Shown here one piece after another: positions 6,220 through 10,022 of a stretch of 10,022 bases of DNA; within the stretch, counting starts at the first letter, position 1; each line of letters begins with the position of its first letter. The notes under the pieces are model-generated. The model ran no database searches. It was not told where the DNA came from and worked only from the letters and a program-made list of their open reading frames with translations. The stretch spans positions 1 to 10,022 of the forward strand of contig JBHLLO010000088.1 of NCBI GenBank assembly GCA_048885535.1. The letters are read 5' to 3'. The DNA comes from Candidatus Hermodarchaeota archaeon. GTDB lineage: Archaea > Asgardarchaeota > Lokiarchaeia > Sigyniarchaeales > SOKP01. The position numbers and the translations under genes were made by a program.

Positions 6220-7398
6220 TTAGTTAATTTTCACAGAAATTTTACAATTTTCTCGATCTGTTTGCAAAAGTGTTAGGTTTTCTGGTACTAGTTCTAATGA
6301 TATCTCTTTAGTAATCATTGGAGTTAAATCCATTCCAGTAGCCATGGATGAAATTACATTAGGAAACGTGCCATGACCAGAATGACCTTGAGCTCCAACA
6401 ATTCGAGCTCGTTTAACTTGGATATATTCTCCACATATCGGCATTTTTTGTTCCGCTCGTGCTACAATTACGACGGTACTATTAACAGCTTTACATTCCC
6501 AAATTGCATTTTGAATGTCGTCAGTAACTATATGAGGTAATCCAGTCGCTTCAAGGTACAATGCTGCGCCCTCGTTATCAGTATATTCTTTTACTTTTTC
6601 TACAAAATTTTCTTCTTGAGGATTAATAATATAATCTGCACCTACTTTTTTTGCTAATCTAGCTCTTGTTTTATTGGGTTCAGATAAAATACAAATTGCA
6701 GCTCCAGCTGTTTTTAAAATTTTAGTAGCTGCTATTCCAATTGGACCTCCTCCTAAAATAATTGCATTTTCACCAGGCTTTATTCCTCCACCTCTTTCAA
6801 TCAAAGCATTATAGGCAACAGACGTGGGTTCTACTAAACTTCCTGGTTTACATACATCATTGTAATTTTTTTCTAACTTTTTTAGACTCCAACATAGTTT
6901 CGATGGAACAGCGATATATTCTGCAAATGCACCATCAATTGAGAATCCAATTTCTTGTAATCTTTCGCAATGGTTTGGATATCCATCACAACAAGGTTTG
7001 CATTCACCGCACCAAACCATCTCTTCAACTGTGACCGGTTCTCCCTTTTCATATAGCTTACCAGTTCTTTTGTTAATAGCATTACTCCCTACTTCAACTA
7101 TTTCACCAGAGAATTCATGCCCAAGGGTTACAGGAAAAGCTGTTAATCCAGGGTAGTATATGTAACCATCATCAGAAGTTTGATTCATATGAACATCAGA
7201 ACCACATATTCCACATCTTTTTACTTTAATGAGTACTTCATTAGCCCTGATTTTGGGAATTGATTTTTCAACTAGCTTGACTTTTGGATATCTCCATACT
7301 TGTGAGCCTAAATAAGTCAATTTTCCTCTAATATCTTTGGATCCAAGCTTAAAATGTGGTTTTGGATCCCATTCTGCTATTAATTCAACTGATTTCAT
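6220..7398 (-). CDS. iolM: scyllo-inosose 3-dehydrogenase (Zn-dependent MDR)
   Basis: Diagnostic N-terminus WDPKPHFKLGSKDIRGKLTYLGSQVWRYP and GYIYYPGLTAFPVTLGHEFSG as recalled for T. maritima TM0412; CGICGSD, structural Zn CxxCxxCx7C, GGGPIG, GAQGHSGHGTFP. GAGG SD. Confidence 0.92.
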   Translation of the reverse strand: MKSVELIAEWDPKPHFKLGSKDIRGKLTYLGSQVWRYPKVKLVEKSIPKIRANEVLIKVKRCGICGSDVHMNQTSDDGYIYYPGLTAFPVTLGHEFSGEIVEVGSNAINKRTGKLYEKGEPVTVEEMVWCGECKPCCDGYPNHCERLQEIGFSIDGAFAEYIAVPSKLCWSLKKLEKNYNDVCKPGSLVEPTSVAYNALIERGGGIKPGENAIILGGGPIGIAATKILKTAGAAICILSEPNKTRARLAKKVGADYIINPQEENFVEKVKEYTDNEGAALYLEATGLPHIVTDDIQNAIWECKAVNSTVVIVARAEQKMPICGEYIQVKRARIVGAQGHSGHGTFPNVISSMATGMDLTPMITKEISLELVPENLTLLQTDRENCKISVKIN

Positions 7399-7466
7399 TT
7401 TCCTCTCTTAAAATTTGTATACTCTTAATTTAATTTATGTTTCAAAATAAAGATTAATCTTATTCC

Positions 7467-7485
7467 AAAAAAAAATAAAAAAAAA
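7467..7485 (-). terminator. Archaeal oligo-T terminator after the MFS gene
   Basis: Minus strand reads T9-A-T9 immediately after the MFS stop codon. Confidence 0.5.
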
Positions 7486-7486
7486 T

Positions 7487-8692
7487 TTAATCTGATTTTT
7501 CTTTTAGTAATAGAAGGATAATTAATGTAACTAAGAGAAAGATCGATTCTAACAGTAAGGTTGGAAAATAATCTCCCATTGGAGTAGTAAATCCTTCAAA
7601 AAAGAGGATAAATATTATTCCTCCAATTTGACCTATCATCATTAACATACCATTCGAAGTGGCCTCTGGGACGGGTTTTGTTAAATCTACTGCATATTCT
7701 AAAGCTACTGGTCCAGCAGATAAAATTCCAAAGCCTAAAAGAAAACTAAATATGTATAATATAGTTGGATCAGAGAAAAATGTTATCAAGAATAATGATA
7801 CAGTTGCCACTAGAACTGAAATAATGAGTAACATTTTAGGTTTTTTATATTTATCAGATAAAACTGACATTATAACACAACCTATTATTCCACCGACAAG
7901 CATTAAACCTCCAAGAATTCCAGCATCGACAGCAGTAAATCCTCTTGGAATTACAATTAATTCTATGTATGATGTGATAAAGTTAAAAATTCCTAGGCCA
8001 AAGAAAAATGTAATAAACAGAATTATGAAATATCTATTTATAAATAACTTTTTCAAACCTTCACCCATTAAAACTCTTTCTTTAGAAATTTCAGTAGATG
8101 GGGGTGTAGGAGGTTTATTTTTCACGAGAATAATGAAAAGCATACCAGAAATCAAAGCTAATATTCCATATATCAATAAAACCATTTCAAGGTTAAGTGC
8201 TTCAAAGATAAATGGAGTTATTAATACTCCTAACATTATACCGATAAATTGAGAAATTAGTGACAGTCCTGTTGCTGATGTTCTTTCTGATTCAGGAAAC
8301 CAATTTGCTGAAAGCCTAGTTATACTATTTAAAACAAAAGGTTGACCAATTGCAATTCCTATCTGAAAGAGTAAAAGTAACATGTAGTTATTTCCAGCAA
8401 AAAATCTTAAAAACCCGAAAATTCCAGCTAGCAGTGCTCCAACACCTGCTCCAATTCTAAAATCATATTTATCAATTAACCATGACGCTAAGAATGTAAC
8501 AGGAATATATGCAATCATGAAAACTAAAGACAACAAGAGTATATCTAATTCTGCTACACCATAATAAAATGCGGCTTCAACTGTTATTGAAGCGTAAGTT
8601 ATCCATAAGATTTGTAATGTTATATTAGTAAACATAAATAATATTAGTACTAACCACCGATATCCATACAATTGTATATTTTCTTCACTCAT
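7487..8692 (-). CDS. MFS transporter, FLVCR/SLC49-like
   Basis: About 12 hydrophobic segments; YGYRWLVL...N...ILWITYASI N-terminus, WLIDKYDFR and VLSDKYKK motif A, WFPESERTSATG, PVPEATSNG. ATG at 8692 (MSEENIQ) is preferred to the TTG at 8737 because a TATA-like site lies at 8744-8751. Confidence 0.88.
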   Translation of the reverse strand: MSEENIQLYGYRWLVLILFMFTNITLQILWITYASITVEAAFYYGVAELDILLLSLVFMIAYIPVTFLASWLIDKYDFRIGAGVGALLAGIFGFLRFFAGNNYMLLLLFQIGIAIGQPFVLNSITRLSANWFPESERTSATGLSLISQFIGIMLGVLITPFIFEALNLEMVLLIYGILALISGMLFIILVKNKPPTPPSTEISKERVLMGEGLKKLFINRYFIILFITFFFGLGIFNFITSYIELIVIPRGFTAVDAGILGGLMLVGGIIGCVIMSVLSDKYKKPKMLLIISVLVATVSLFLITFFSDPTILYIFSFLLGFGILSAGPVALEYAVDLTKPVPEATSNGMLMMIGQIGGIIFILFFEGFTTPMGDYFPTLLLESIFLLVTLIILLLLKEKSD

Positions 8693-8813
8693 AATATCAT
8701 CAATTTTTTTAAGATATGATAATTGATTAATTATCAATTCAAGTTAAACTTAATAAAATTTAAATCTTCAATTTTTAATTTAATAATAATGAATATAAAT
8801 AAAGGTGATTAAA

Positions 8814-9863
8814 ATGGATAAGATGCTAGCGGCTGTCTTTCATAAAAATGCGAATAATGGAGGTTCTGTAAAATTAGAAGAAGTAAAAATACCAGAAATA
8901 TCTAAGAGTAACCAGATACTGATTAAAATAGGATCTTGTGGAATTTGCGGGACTGATCTGAAGATAATTGAAGGAGGGCATCCTGCTAATGATAATATTA
9001 TTTTAGGTCATGAATTTACAGGCATAATAAAAGAATTGGGGGATGGCATTAAGGATTTGAAAGTTGGGGATAAAGTAGTTGTAGATCCCAATGAAAAATG
9101 TGGCTATTGTATTAATTGTCGAAGGGGATATTCAAATTTATGTGAATATCTGGCATTAGGTACTACTTTTGGGATATTTCAGAATGGTGGTTTTGCTAAA
9201 TATTCAGTTATTCCAAGAGATGCTGTGTTTAAACTTCCAAAAGACATCGACTTGACAGCAGCAGCATTAGTGGAGCCTTTATCGTGTGCCATACATTGTC
9301 ATAATATCGCCGATATCAGAGAATCTGATAATGTAGTTATAATTGGAGCTGGTCCAATGGGTTTAATCATAGAATCTGTTATTAGAATACATCCAATTAA
9401 AAATTTGATTACTATTGAAATAGATGATTGGCGTAGAGAAAAAGCATTAGATCTTGGTGCTGACTACGTAATAAATCCTCATTCTCAAAATGTGAAAGAT
9501 GAAGTTATAAAGATTACTGAATCACATGGAGCAGATGTGATTATTGATGCTGTTGGTCTTTCCGAGACTTTTGAGATGGCGCTAGATTTTTGGGCTCCAG
9601 GTGCTAGATTAGTATGCTTTGGACAAGATTATCGTGCCGAAGCAAAGATTAAACCTAATGATATAGTAAGATATCAAAGAAAAATTATGGGATCCTATAT
9701 AGGAGATGCTGAAGATTTTTTAGACGCTATCGAATTAATTGCTAACAACGTTGTTGAAGTAAAGAAATTAATTACTAAAACAATCCCAATAGAAGAATTG
9801 GTTTCTACTGGTTTTCATCTTATGAAAGAGCGTAAATGTGTTAAAATAATTGTTAAACCTTGA
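8814..9863 (+). CDS. Zn-dependent NAD(H) dehydrogenase, sorbitol/threonine-DH-like MDR
   Basis: CGICGTD, GHE, CGYCINCRRGYSNLC, VEPLSC (Glu third ligand), GAGPMG followed by acidic IEID. The ORF-track GTG at 8805 lies within an AGGTGA SD, so ATG 8814 is the more likely start. Confidence 0.88.
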   Translation: MDKMLAAVFHKNANNGGSVKLEEVKIPEISKSNQILIKIGSCGICGTDLKIIEGGHPANDNIILGHEFTGIIKELGDGIKDLKVGDKVVVDPNEKCGYCINCRRGYSNLCEYLALGTTFGIFQNGGFAKYSVIPRDAVFKLPKDIDLTAAALVEPLSCAIHCHNIADIRESDNVVIIGAGPMGLIIESVIRIHPIKNLITIEIDDWRREKALDLGADYVINPHSQNVKDEVIKITESHGADVIIDAVGLSETFEMALDFWAPGARLVCFGQDYRAEAKIKPNDIVRYQRKIMGSYIGDAEDFLDAIELIANNVVEVKKLITKTIPIEELVSTGFHLMKERKCVKIIVKP

Positions 9864-9960
9864 AAAGATTCTTAGAAGATTCTTATTTTAAAGTTTTTAA
9901 TTGCTGAAATATTATTAATTCTAAGAAGATATTATTTTAAAATCCTTAATCTGAAAAAAT

Positions 9961-10022
9961 ATGTCTTATGATATATCCGCATTGAAAGTTTTAATCAAGA
10001 AGATTTTTCCACCTAAAGAATC
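9961..10022 (+). CDS. Possible 5' end of next gene (MSYDISALKVLIKKIFPPKE...)
   Basis: ATG at 9961 with a frame open to the window edge and AT-rich upstream sequence. Too short to verify; a minus-strand gene end (…DSLGGKIFLIKTFNADIS*) is an alternative. Confidence 0.3.
   Translation, partial: MSYDISALKVLIKKIFPPKE

Noticed and set aside
6762-7082. 90-aa (+) and 66-aa (-) ORFs
   Set aside because: Fully inside the well-supported iolM, with no recognisable motifs.
7659-8252. 197-aa plus-strand ORF
   Set aside because: Antisense shadow of the MFS transporter.
8693-8813. ORF-track starts at 8737 (TTG) and 8805 (GTG)
   Set aside because: Downstream ATGs at 8692 and 8814 fit TATA and SD placement better.

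Overview
AT-rich archaeal window, most likely from an Asgard archaeon (Lokiarchaeia-like). This is inferred from three SCP2 lipid-binding paralogs, a longin + roadblock gene pair, BRE/TATA promoters and intron-containing tRNAs. The left part has three SCP2-domain genes (one missing from the ORF track because it runs off the edge) interleaved with two tRNA genes. These are tRNA-Asp(GUC) on the minus strand, with two ~30-nt introns at non-canonical positions (D-loop and T-loop), and tRNA-Arg(UCG) on the plus strand, with a D-loop intron. The middle has a small membrane protein, an intergenic region with a phased repeated 11-mer, and the longin and roadblock genes. The right part is a Thermotoga-type inositol catabolism cluster (iolN, iolO, iolM) in alternating orientation, plus an FLVCR-like MFS transporter and a second Zn-dependent dehydrogenase. 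No iolG or ABC transporter is present in the window. All protein assignments come from motif recognition and recalled reference sequences, not database searches.
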